In this document: piece by piece, positions 56,414-64,000 of the stretch
Numbering within the stretch: the first letter of the stretch is position 1
Layout of the letters: every line of letters begins with the position of its first letter
Assembly (NCBI GenBank): GCA_038748685.1
Contig: JBCDIS010000002.1
Coordinates: 2,226-66,225, forward strand
Reading direction: 5' to 3'
DNA length: 64,000 nt
Origin: Acidobacteriota bacterium
GTDB taxonomy: Bacteria; Acidobacteriota; Thermoanaerobaculia; Multivoradales; J023
Translations under genes and position numbers: made by a program
The notes under the pieces: generated by a model
What the model was told of the DNA's origin: nothing
What the model saw: the letters and a program-made list of their open reading frames with translations, nothing else
The model's database searches: none

Positions 56414-58603
56414 TCAGTCCTTGTGGAAGCGCTCGCCCTTCTTGGCCATGTCCCGGAGCAGCTGGGCCGGCTCCAGCCGGACCCCGTGCCGCTCGGCGAA
56501 GATGTCGAGTCGGCTGACGACGTAGTCGAGGCCGAGGCGGTCGGCCTCTCGGAGGATGCCGCCGCGGAAGGGGGGGAAGCCGAACCCGAAGATGACGCCG
56601 ATGTCGATGTCGTTCGGGTTCGAGATGATGCCGTCCTCGATGCACATGGCGGTCTCATTGAGCATCTGCAGCCAGCAGCGCTCGATGATCTCGGCGTCGG
56701 CGATCTCCGCCTCGTCCCAGTCGATGAGCTCGTAGACCGACGAGGCGACCTTCTTGGGGGTCTTGCGGTAGTTGTAGAAGCCCTTGCCCCCCTTGCGGCC
56801 CAGGCGCCCCGCCTCGATCATCTTGGCGAAGACGGGGGACGCGGCGGCGCGCTCACCGGCGTATTCCGTCATCACCTTGCCGGCGTGGAAGCCGACGTCG
56901 AGGCCCACCTCGTCCAGCAGCGCCAGGGGGCCGACGGGCCAGCCCCAGCGGGTGAGGGCCTTGTCGATCTGCTCGATGCGGGCGCCCTCGGAGAGGAGGA
57001 AGAGGGCCTCGTTGACAAAGGGGCCGAGGACCCGGCTGGTGAAGAAGCCCGGTCCGTCGTTGACGACGATGATCGTCTTGCCCATGCGCCGACCCACTTC
57101 GACGGTGGTGGCGAGGGTCTCGTCGGAGGTGCCGGGGTGCTTGATGATCTCCAGCAGGGGCATCTTGTGGACGGGGCTGAAGAAGTGCATGCCCACCACG
57201 TTCTCGGGCCGCTTCGAGGCCTCCGCCAGGCGGGTGATCGGGATCGTCGAGGTGTTGGAGGCGAAGATGAGGTCATCCCCGGCCTCGGCCTCCACTTCCC
57301 GCATCACCTTGTGCTTGATGTCGACGTCCTCGAACACCGCTTCGATGACGAAGGGGATGCGGGAGAAGCCCTTGTAGTCGACGGTGGGCAGGATGCGGCT
57401 CATCGCCGTCTTCTGGTCCACGGGGCGGTACTTGCGGCGCTTCACCAGCTTGCCGAAGAGGCCGTTGCAGTGCTGGAGGCCGCGGGAGAGGGACTCGTGG
57501 TCACGGTCCTTCATCACCACTTCGTAGCCCTTGTGGGCCAGCACCTGGACCACCCCCGAGCCCATGAAGCCGGCACCCAAGACGCCGATGCGGTCGAGGT
57601 CCCGGGCGCCCTTCGCCATCTCCTTGGCGCGGCCGTCGACCTCGTTCTTGGCGAAGAAGATCGAGATGAGACCCTTGGCGACGTCGGTCACCACCAGGTC
57701 GGCGAAGCCGTCGGCCTCCACCTTCAGGGCCTCGTCGAGGGGAAGGGAGATGCCCTCCCGCACCACCTCGATGGCCTTGATGGGGGCAGGATAGTGGCCG
57801 CCGCTCTTCTTCAGCACCGTCTCCCGGGCCTTGTCGTAAACGATGTTCTTGGCGCCGGGGGTGCGGGCCAGAAGGTCGGTGGCGAAGGCGGCGATACCCT
57901 GCTTCTTCATCGCCTTGCGGGCCTCTTCGGGCTTGCCGCGGGCGACCAGGTGCAGCGCCGCCCGATGCAGGGCGGTGGGGTTGCAGGTTTCGTCCACCAG
58001 GCCGAGTTTCTTGGCCTTGCGGGCGTTCACCTGCTTGCCGGTGAGGATCAGGTCGAGGGCGGCTGGTACGCCGATGAGGCGGGGCAGTCGCTGGGTGCCG
58101 CCGAGGCCGGGGTAGAGCCCTAGCTGAACCTCCGGCAGCCCCAGCTTGGTGTGGTCGGCGGTGGTACAGACCCGGTAGTCGCAGGCCAGGGCCAGCTCCA
58201 GGCCGCCGCCGAGGCAGGCGCCGTCCACCGCCGCCACCACCGGGAAGGGCAGGTCGGCGAAGCGGTTCACCAGCTCGTGGCCGCGGTGGATCATCGCCTT
58301 CACCTCCGCCGGGTCCTCGAACTCCCGCAGCTCCTCGATGTCGGCGCCGACGACGAAGTAGCCCGGCTTGTCGGACACGAAGATCATGCCCCGCAGCGGC
58401 TGCTCCGCCAGCTCGTCGATCTGCTGCTCAAACCAAAGGAAGTAGCGGGTCGACAGGGTGTTGACGCTCTTGGCCTTGTCGTCGAGGTGGACCCAGGCCA
58501 CCCCGTCTTCGATCTCCACGCGTCCGGGGGCCGTCGAGGCCAGGGCCGCGGCGTCTTCGGTGGCGGGGGAGTCGCTGTTCGTATCGCTGTTTCCGGGGTT
58601 CAT
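56414..58603 (-). CDS. Fatty-acid oxidation complex alpha subunit (enoyl-CoA hydratase / 3-hydroxyacyl-CoA dehydrogenase, FadB/FadJ-type)
   Basis: Crotonase fold (AAVDGACLGGGLELALACD) and NAD-binding 3HCDH domain (IGVLGAGFMGSGVVQV...FFSPVHKMPLLEI). Confidence 0.85.
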   Translation of the reverse strand: MNPGNSDTNSDSPATEDAAALASTAPGRVEIEDGVAWVHLDDKAKSVNTLSTRYFLWFEQQIDELAEQPLRGMIFVSDKPGYFVVGADIEELREFEDPAEVKAMIHRGHELVNRFADLPFPVVAAVDGACLGGGLELALACDYRVCTTADHTKLGLPEVQLGLYPGLGGTQRLPRLIGVPAALDLILTGKQVNARKAKKLGLVDETCNPTALHRAALHLVARGKPEEARKAMKKQGIAAFATDLLARTPGAKNIVYDKARETVLKKSGGHYPAPIKAIEVVREGISLPLDEALKVEADGFADLVVTDVAKGLISIFFAKNEVDGRAKEMAKGARDLDRIGVLGAGFMGSGVVQVLAHKGYEVVMKDRDHESLSRGLQHCNGLFGKLVKRRKYRPVDQKTAMSRILPTVDYKGFSRIPFVIEAVFEDVDIKHKVMREVEAEAGDDLIFASNTSTIPITRLAEASKRPENVVGMHFFSPVHKMPLLEIIKHPGTSDETLATTVEVGRRMGKTIIVVNDGPGFFTSRVLGPFVNEALFLLSEGARIEQIDKALTRWGWPVGPLALLDEVGLDVGFHAGKVMTEYAGERAAASPVFAKMIEAGRLGRKGGKGFYNYRKTPKKVASSVYELIDWDEAEIADAEIIERCWLQMLNETAMCIEDGIISNPNDIDIGVIFGFGFPPFRGGILREADRLGLDYVVSRLDIFAERHGVRLEPAQLLRDMAKKGERFHKD

Positions 58604-58840
58604 CTCATGGGCTCCTGTGCTGGATCAATGGACGCGAAGAACGGTCCGCCGCCGGTGGAGATAGGCGTGCAGGCTGACCTTCATCGTAGGCTCCATGCCG
58701 CATCGTGTCAAGCGCGACGGATTCAGCACGGAGCCCGCCGAGCAGCGCCATTGGCCCGAAGATCCAGGGCTCATCGTATTTTACCTACCGGTAAGACAAG
58801 AGGCGGGGAGGCGAGATATTGCCGCAGGACGGCACGGACG

Positions 58841-59338
58841 TCAACGTCCTGGCCCGCCCTCCCCCGCCTCCGCGAGCACCGCCTGGACCAGAGCGTCTCC
58901 TACTCTGAAACCGGCGGCGCGAAGGCGGGCAATCTCATCCCGGAGACATGGGATCTCGTCACGCAGTCGGGCGGCGAGGAGGAGTCCCAGGGTTCCGACG
59001 GGGTCCAGGCCGAGGGCCCGGGCTCTACGCCGAGCGTTGAGATCGTCCATCACGATCCGATCTGCGTCGACCTGTTGAGCCAGGAGCATTGCAGCCGCTT
59101 CTCCGGGGCCCGCGGTCTTCAGGATGGGGGGCAGGTCGCGAAGTGCGAACGGCCTTTCACGCAGCCAGGTGCCTAGCGCTCTCGAAACCTGCCCGGCGGA
59201 GTCGTCGCGCCCAGCCGAGATCTCCGCGACAACCTCGGAGGGAACCAGGATCTCATCGGCACCACGGCGGAGGAGATCGAGCCTGTCGAGCTTGGTAAGG
59301 AAGATCAAAGGGCTGGCGTCGACGACCCATCGGGTCAT
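58841..59338 (-). CDS. PIN-domain protein, DUF3368 family (putative toxin of UPF0175/PIN pair)
   Basis: MTRWVVDASPLIFLTKLDRLDLL: PIN acidic residues D7 and D89 (IVMDDLNAR). ATGA overlap with the upstream small ORF. Confidence 0.7.
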   Translation of the reverse strand: MTRWVVDASPLIFLTKLDRLDLLRRGADEILVPSEVVAEISAGRDDSAGQVSRALGTWLRERPFALRDLPPILKTAGPGEAAAMLLAQQVDADRIVMDDLNARRRARALGLDPVGTLGLLLAARLRDEIPCLRDEIARLRAAGFRVGDALVQAVLAEAGEGGPGR

Positions 59339-59600
59339 CCCGCCAGCTCTCGTGCAGCGAGGATCTCGTGGTCCATCTCCTCACCCAGAAGGTTGATGGC
59401 AGCGACGTCGACGTTCTGCAGCTTGGCGAGGAAGTCCGGGCGGTTCATCTGCGCCAAGCCCGCAGCCTGTTCCGCGGTCAACCTGCCGATCTCGAACAGC
59501 TTGGCCGCTGCGAGAAACGCGAGCGCATCCCCGAAGGAGGTTTCCTCGACGTCCAGAAGCTCGGGCAGGTCGTCTGGGTAGGGGATGACGGCGTGTTTTA
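59335..59600 (-). CDS. UPF0175-family putative antitoxin (HTH), start codon unresolved
   Basis: Minus-strand translation ...IKHAVIPYPDDLPELLDVEETSFGDALAFLAAAKLFEIGRLTAEQAAGLAQMNRPDFLAKLQNVDVAAINLLGEEMDHEILAARELAG* matches the UPF0175 pattern (LS.G.AAELAGMSR.EF...L). No in-frame ATG/GTG/TTG lies upstream of the HTH. The upper coordinate is approximate. ORF was below the 60-aa track threshold from any canonical start. Confidence 0.5.
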
Positions 59601-59656
59601 TGGCTGGCTCCTCTTGCAGTCTAGTGAAGCCTATCAGGAGCCGTTTGAGCCGACTT

Positions 59657-60814
59657 TCAGTACAGGTCGAACACCAGGATGCGGGCGTCGATGGGGCCGT
59701 TGCGGACGGGGTAGCGACGACGGGGCCGCAGGCCGATGTGTTTGCCCCGGTCGGCGTCGCCGGCGAGGACGACGGCGGTCCAGCCGGCGTAGCGCTGTTT
59801 GAGCAGATCGCCGAGGCGCCGCCACTGGTCGGGGGCGCCCCGCAGGCGTTCGCCGTAGGCGGGGTTGATCAGCAGAAGGCCCGGGCCGGGGGGCGGCTCG
59901 AAGGCGAAGGCGTCCTCTTGCTGGAGGATGGCGCTGCCGGTGAGCCCAGCCCGCTCCAGGTTGCGCCCGGCGGCGCCGATGGCCACCTGGGAGCGATCGA
60001 CGCCGAAGAGCTGGATGTCTTCGGCGGGGGCGTCCGAGGGCTCGTCGCGGATCCGCTCGAAGGCGTCGGCGCTGAACCCAGGCAGCCGCTCGAAGGCGAA
60101 GCGCGGCCGTAGGGTCGCCGGCGACCGGCCGAGGGCCCAAGACGCCGCCTCGATCAGGAGGGTGCCGGAGCCGCACATGGGGTCGACGATCGGCCCTTCG
60201 CCGTTCCACTCCGCCGCCAGCACGCAGGCGGCCGCCAGCTGCTCCCGCACCGGCGCGTCGGTGCGGGCGACGCGATAACCCCGCCGGTCGAGGGGATCCC
60301 CGGAGGTGTCGAGGAGGAGGGTGGCCTCGTTCTTGTGGAGCCGCAGCCGCAACGCCAGGTCCGGATCCTGCCGATCCACCGACGAGCGCTGGCCGTGGCG
60401 GTCCCGCTGGCCGTCCACCAGGCCGTCCTTGACCCGGAGGGCGGCCCACCGTTCGTCGGTGATCTTCGATGACGACACGGTGGCCTTGATCGCCAGGGTC
60501 TTGGCGGGGGACATCAGTCGGCCGACGTCGTGGGCGCCCTTCTTGCCCCGGCGGCGCACCAGGTTGCGGGCCCCGGCGTGGAGAGCGTCGCCGTCCTGGC
60601 CGCTCCAGGTGCCGAGCTCCACCAGTACCCGATTGGCGGTGCGCAGCCGCCAGTTGGCCCGCCACACGTCGCGCCAGGTACCGGTGAAGGTCACGGCCCC
60701 CCGCCCGGCGGACGGCGAGTCGATCCCCAGGCGTTGCAGCTCCCCGTGCACGAAGGGCTCGAGCCCCAGGGCGCAGGTGACCACCAGCTTCAGCGGTGCG
60801 GGTGTTTGGGCCAT
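59657..60814 (-). CDS. THUMP-domain class I SAM-dependent RNA methyltransferase (RlmL N-terminal-type, m2G)
   Basis: ATG 60814 (MAQTPAPLKLVVTC...). THUMP region. SAM motif I (DPMCGSGTLLIEAA). Catalytic motif LINPAYGERL (NPPY-type). Confidence 0.75.
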   Translation of the reverse strand: MAQTPAPLKLVVTCALGLEPFVHGELQRLGIDSPSAGRGAVTFTGTWRDVWRANWRLRTANRVLVELGTWSGQDGDALHAGARNLVRRRGKKGAHDVGRLMSPAKTLAIKATVSSSKITDERWAALRVKDGLVDGQRDRHGQRSSVDRQDPDLALRLRLHKNEATLLLDTSGDPLDRRGYRVARTDAPVREQLAAACVLAAEWNGEGPIVDPMCGSGTLLIEAASWALGRSPATLRPRFAFERLPGFSADAFERIRDEPSDAPAEDIQLFGVDRSQVAIGAAGRNLERAGLTGSAILQQEDAFAFEPPPGPGLLLINPAYGERLRGAPDQWRRLGDLLKQRYAGWTAVVLAGDADRGKHIGLRPRRRYPVRNGPIDARILVFDLY

Positions 60815-60902
60815 GGCCGGGATGCTACACGACCGCCGCCTCGGGCGGTTCCCCGTCGGCCCTTGGGGGTAGACTGGCGCCCCATCCGAACGTCCAAGAG
60901 GA

Positions 60903-62651
60903 GTGACCATGCTCGCCAGGTCTAGGGCCCCGTACCGCTTCGCCCATCGCCATCCCACCGCTCGCCTTTCGGTCCTTTGGGTGCTGCTTAGCCTGCTCGT
61001 CACCCCGACGTTCGGGGCCGAAGCCTCTGCGGAGGACGCCGCCGTCGACGAAGGGGCGTATCCGATCCCGGCGGCGCCGGATCGGGCCGAGGGGGACGGC
61101 CCCTACGACCGGCTGATCCTGCGGGGGGCCACCCTGGTGGACGGCACCGGCTCTCCCCCCATCGGTCCGGTGGACATCGTCATCGAGGGCAACCGGATCA
61201 CCGAGGTGGCGGTGGTGGGGTATCCCGGCATCGAGCCCGACGCCGAGGGGCGGCCCGAACTGGGGGAGGACGGCCGGGAGATCGACCTCTCGGGGCATTG
61301 GATCCTGCCGGGGTTCGTGGACATGCACGGACACATCGGCGGGGAGTCCCAGGGGACGCCGGCGGAGTACGTGTTCAAGCTGTGGATGGGGCACGGGATC
61401 ACCACGATCCGCGACCCCGCCTGCGGCAACGGACTCGACTTTTGCCTCGACCACAAGGCCAAGAGCGAGGCCAACGGGATCACGGCGCCGAGGATCGAAG
61501 CCTACGTGGTCTTCGGCCAGGGCCGGGACGAGCCCTTCACCCGCCCTGAGCAGGCTCGGGCTTGGGTCGACGGCGTCGCCGACCGGGGGGCGGACGGTCT
61601 CAAGTTCTTCGGCTATCGGCCCGACATCCTCAAGGCGGCCATCGAGCAGGCGGTGGAGCGGGGGCTGCGGACCGCCTGCCACCACGCCCAGCGGGACGTG
61701 GCCCGGATGAACGTCCTCGACACCGCCCGCTGGGGGCTCACCACCATGGAGCATTGGTACGGCCTGCCGGAGGCCCTTTTCACCGACCGGACGATCCAGG
61801 ACTATCCCCTCGACTACAACTACCAGAACGAGCAGGACCGCTTCGGCCAGGCGGGTCGCCTCTGGGCCCAGGCGGCGGACCGCGGCTCGGAGCATTGGAA
61901 CGCGGTGCTCGACGAGCTGTTGGAACTGGACTTCACCCTCGTGCCGACCCTGACCATCTACGAGGCCAGCCGCGACCTGATGCGGGCCCGCCGCGCCGAG
62001 TGGCACGACACCTACACCCTGCCGGCGCTGTGGGATTTCTACCGTCCGAGCCGTAAGGCCCACGGTTCCTACTGGTTCCACTGGACCACCGAAGACGAGG
62101 TGGCCTGGAAGCAGAACTACCGAAAGTGGATGGGCTTCCTGGAGGACTACAAGAACCGCGGCGGTCGGGTGGCGGCGGGGTCCGACAGCGGCTTCATCTA
62201 CAAACTCTACGGTTTCGGCTACGTGCGGGAGCTGGAGCTGCTGCGGGAGGCGGGGTTCCATCCCCTGGAGGTGATCCGCGCCGCCACCCTCAAGGGGGCC
62301 GAAGCCCTCGGGCTCGACGGCGAGATCGGCTCGGTGGAGCCCGGCAAGCTGGCGGACCTCGTGGTGGTGGAGGCGAATCCCCTGGAGAATCTCAAGGCCC
62401 TCTACGGCATAGGCGCCATCCGCCTCGACGAGGATAACGTCCCCCGCCGGGTGGGGGGCGTGAAATACACGATCAAGGATGGGATCGTCTACGACGCCAA
62501 GGGGCTCTTGGCGGACGTACGGGACATCGTGCAGCGGGCCAAGGACGAGGCGGGGCGGCCGGAGCTGATCCAGCCGGGCTTGCCGGAGGACCTCCCCCAC
62601 GTGAAGGCGGCGGCCGACGCCCCGGGGGGCAGTAGCGGCCACGGCCACTAA
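60903..62651 (+). CDS. Amidohydrolase family metal-dependent hydrolase (secreted)
   Basis: Signal peptide. Metal-binding HxH (GFVDMHGHIGG), later H (ACHHAQ), and C-terminal D (AAGSDSG) of the amidohydrolase TIM barrel. Confidence 0.75.
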   Translation: MTMLARSRAPYRFAHRHPTARLSVLWVLLSLLVTPTFGAEASAEDAAVDEGAYPIPAAPDRAEGDGPYDRLILRGATLVDGTGSPPIGPVDIVIEGNRITEVAVVGYPGIEPDAEGRPELGEDGREIDLSGHWILPGFVDMHGHIGGESQGTPAEYVFKLWMGHGITTIRDPACGNGLDFCLDHKAKSEANGITAPRIEAYVVFGQGRDEPFTRPEQARAWVDGVADRGADGLKFFGYRPDILKAAIEQAVERGLRTACHHAQRDVARMNVLDTARWGLTTMEHWYGLPEALFTDRTIQDYPLDYNYQNEQDRFGQAGRLWAQAADRGSEHWNAVLDELLELDFTLVPTLTIYEASRDLMRARRAEWHDTYTLPALWDFYRPSRKAHGSYWFHWTTEDEVAWKQNYRKWMGFLEDYKNRGGRVAAGSDSGFIYKLYGFGYVRELELLREAGFHPLEVIRAATLKGAEALGLDGEIGSVEPGKLADLVVVEANPLENLKALYGIGAIRLDEDNVPRRVGGVKYTIKDGIVYDAKGLLADVRDIVQRAKDEAGRPELIQPGLPEDLPHVKAAADAPGGSSGHGH

Positions 62652-62659
62652 TGTGACCC

Positions 62660-63484
62660 CTACGCCGGCGGGGGCTTTTCGCTGTTCGGTCGCTGGAAAA
62701 TCTCGCCGTCGTCGAGCCGCACGGCGGTGAGGTGGCCGCCCCAGGCGCAGCCGCTGTCGAGCCCGAGGGTCCCCGGCCCCCGGTGGAACCCGAGGGCGGC
62801 CCAGTGGCCGAAGACCACCCGCCGGTCGGCGGTGCGCCGGTCCGGCGCTTCGAACCAGGGCCGGCATCCCTCTGGAGCGGTCGACGGAGGACCCTTGTGG
62901 GGGCAGGGGTCGCCGTCGGCGGTGAGGGTGCGGAGGTGGACGAAGGCGAAGAGGGCTGTGGCGATCCGCGCCAGCTCAGCCTCGTCCCCTTCCCTTTGGG
63001 TACTGCCGAGGGCCTTGACGCCCCCCAGCAGCTCGGCGGCGTCGTCCCCCCGCAGGGCGATTTCCGCCCGCCGGGCCCACGACTCGGCGTCGTCCGGGGT
63101 CCACCACGGCCATAGGCCGGCGTGGACCAAGAGGGCGCCGCCGTCGCGGTGGAGGAGGGGCCGCCGGCGGAGCCACGCCACCAGCTCTGCGCCGTCGTCG
63201 GCGGCCAAGATCGGGTCCAGGTCCGGCTGCGGCCGCCGGGCGACGCCGAGGTGGGCGGCGATGAGGTGGAGATCGTGGTTGCCCAGCACGGTGACGAAGC
63301 GATCCCCCAGCCCCTCGTGCTGCCCCCTGGCCCAGCGCAGGACCCCCAGGGAGTCGGGGCCGCGGTTCACCAGGTCCCCCACCATCCACAGGCGGTCCGC
63401 CGCCGCGTCGAAGGGGAGATCCCCCAGCAAGAGATCCAGGGTGCGTGCGCAGCCGTGGACGTCGCCGATCGCGTAGGTGGCCAT
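62660..63484 (-). CDS. apaH: Bis(5'-nucleosyl)-tetraphosphatase, symmetrical (ApaH)
   Basis: MATYAIGDVHGC...DLVNRGPDS...GNHD... calcineurin-like PPP motifs characteristic of ApaH. Confidence 0.85.
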   Translation of the reverse strand: MATYAIGDVHGCARTLDLLLGDLPFDAAADRLWMVGDLVNRGPDSLGVLRWARGQHEGLGDRFVTVLGNHDLHLIAAHLGVARRPQPDLDPILAADDGAELVAWLRRRPLLHRDGGALLVHAGLWPWWTPDDAESWARRAEIALRGDDAAELLGGVKALGSTQREGDEAELARIATALFAFVHLRTLTADGDPCPHKGPPSTAPEGCRPWFEAPDRRTADRRVVFGHWAALGFHRGPGTLGLDSGCAWGGHLTAVRLDDGEIFQRPNSEKPPPA

Positions 63485-63494
63485 CGAAGGCGGC

Positions 63495-64000
63495 TCAGCG
63501 GTCCTCGTTTTCGAGCTGGCGGCGCATCTCTCCGAAGTGGGCCCGCTCGTCGTCGCTGGCCTCCGGGTAGTGCATGTCGAGACTCCGCAGGCTGGCGGCG
63601 ATGATCTCCGCCACCCGCAGCCGCATGTAGGGCTTGTCGTCGGCGGGGACGGCGTACCACGGGGCCCACGGGGTGGAGGTGGCGTTCAGGGCGTCCTCGT
63701 AGGCGTCCATGTAGTCGTCCCAGAACCCCCGCTCCGTCACGTCGCCGGTGGCGAACTTCCAATTCTTCTCCGGCCTGTCGAGGCGGGCGAGGAAGCGGTT
63801 CTTCTGTTCCTCCCTCGAAACGTTGAGGAAGAATTTGAGGATCACGGTGCCATTGCGGGCGAGGTGCTTCTCGTGGTCGCGGATCGACTCGAAGCGGTGC
63901 TCCCAGATGCGCTCGCGGTCGACGCTCTTGGGCAGCTGCTGGCCTTCGAGGTACTCCGGATGGACCCGCACCACCAGGACCTCTTCGTAGTAGCTGCGGT
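63495..64000 (-). CDS. ppk2: Polyphosphate kinase 2 (PPK2) family protein, C-terminal part (gene continues beyond window end)
   Basis: ILKFFLNVSREEQKNRFLARLDRPEKNWKFATGDVTERGFWDDYMDAYEDAL is the conserved PPK2 lid/C-terminal region. The ORF is open to the window edge. Confidence 0.75.
   Translation of the reverse strand, partial: RSYYEEVLVVRVHPEYLEGQQLPKSVDRERIWEHRFESIRDHEKHLARNGTVILKFFLNVSREEQKNRFLARLDRPEKNWKFATGDVTERGFWDDYMDAYEDALNATSTPWAPWYAVPADDKPYMRLRVAEIIAASLRSLDMHYPEASDDERAHFGEMRRQLENEDR

Noticed and set aside
55991-58123. 710-aa plus-strand ORF antisense to the fadB/J-like gene
   Set aside because: Antisense to a gene with unambiguous crotonase and 3-hydroxyacyl-CoA dehydrogenase motifs. 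The product is low complexity.
60825-62867. 680-aa minus-strand ORF antisense to the amidohydrolase
   Set aside because: Antisense to a well-supported gene with no motifs. The ORFs at 38912-40369, 46471-47319 and 41271-43295 were rejected on the same grounds.

Overview
The window is 64 kb of about 69% GC bacterial chromosome with roughly 48 genes at about 88% coding density. Three short low-GC islets stand out: about 9150-10330, 11822-12000 and 20730-21240. High GC produces many long antisense or alternate-frame ORFs in the six-frame track. I kept only ORFs whose proteins show recognisable motifs, signal peptides or coherent GC3 bias.

The most distinctive feature is a peptidoglycan-turnover locus. 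A 1345-aa secreted polypeptide (13907-17944) fuses a GH3 NagZ-like beta-N-acetylglucosaminidase, a beta-lactamase-fold AmiE-like domain and a DUF1343/NamZ-like exo-muramidase. It is translationally coupled, with a GTGA overlap, to a sodium:solute symporter that is a putative MurNAc/amino-sugar importer.

Other cell-wall genes are a 4-bp-overlapped L-Ala-D/L-Glu epimerase and serine-hydrolase pair, and an EnvC-CtpA-YibQ cluster.

The remaining content includes:
- two eukaryotic-like Ser/Thr kinases flanking a secreted S8 peptidase, next to an FHA-sigma54 activator;
- an M23 peptidase and a GH5 hydrolase that carry different Cys-rich C-terminal modules;
- several large secreted hypothetical proteins;
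- two type II toxin-antitoxin pairs (ParDE, and UPF0175 with a DUF3368 PIN domain);
- transporters of the SSF, APC-UspA, OPT and Oar-like TonB-receptor families;
- a 184-bp tandem repeat with 2.2 copies in a convergent intergenic region;
- a PQQ-type sugar dehydrogenase interrupted by an in-frame TGA;
- housekeeping genes: FadB/J, LOG, ApaH, PPK2, NUDIX, a THUMP RNA methyltransferase and an amidohydrolase.

I found no rRNA, tRNA, CRISPR array, transposase or integrase.
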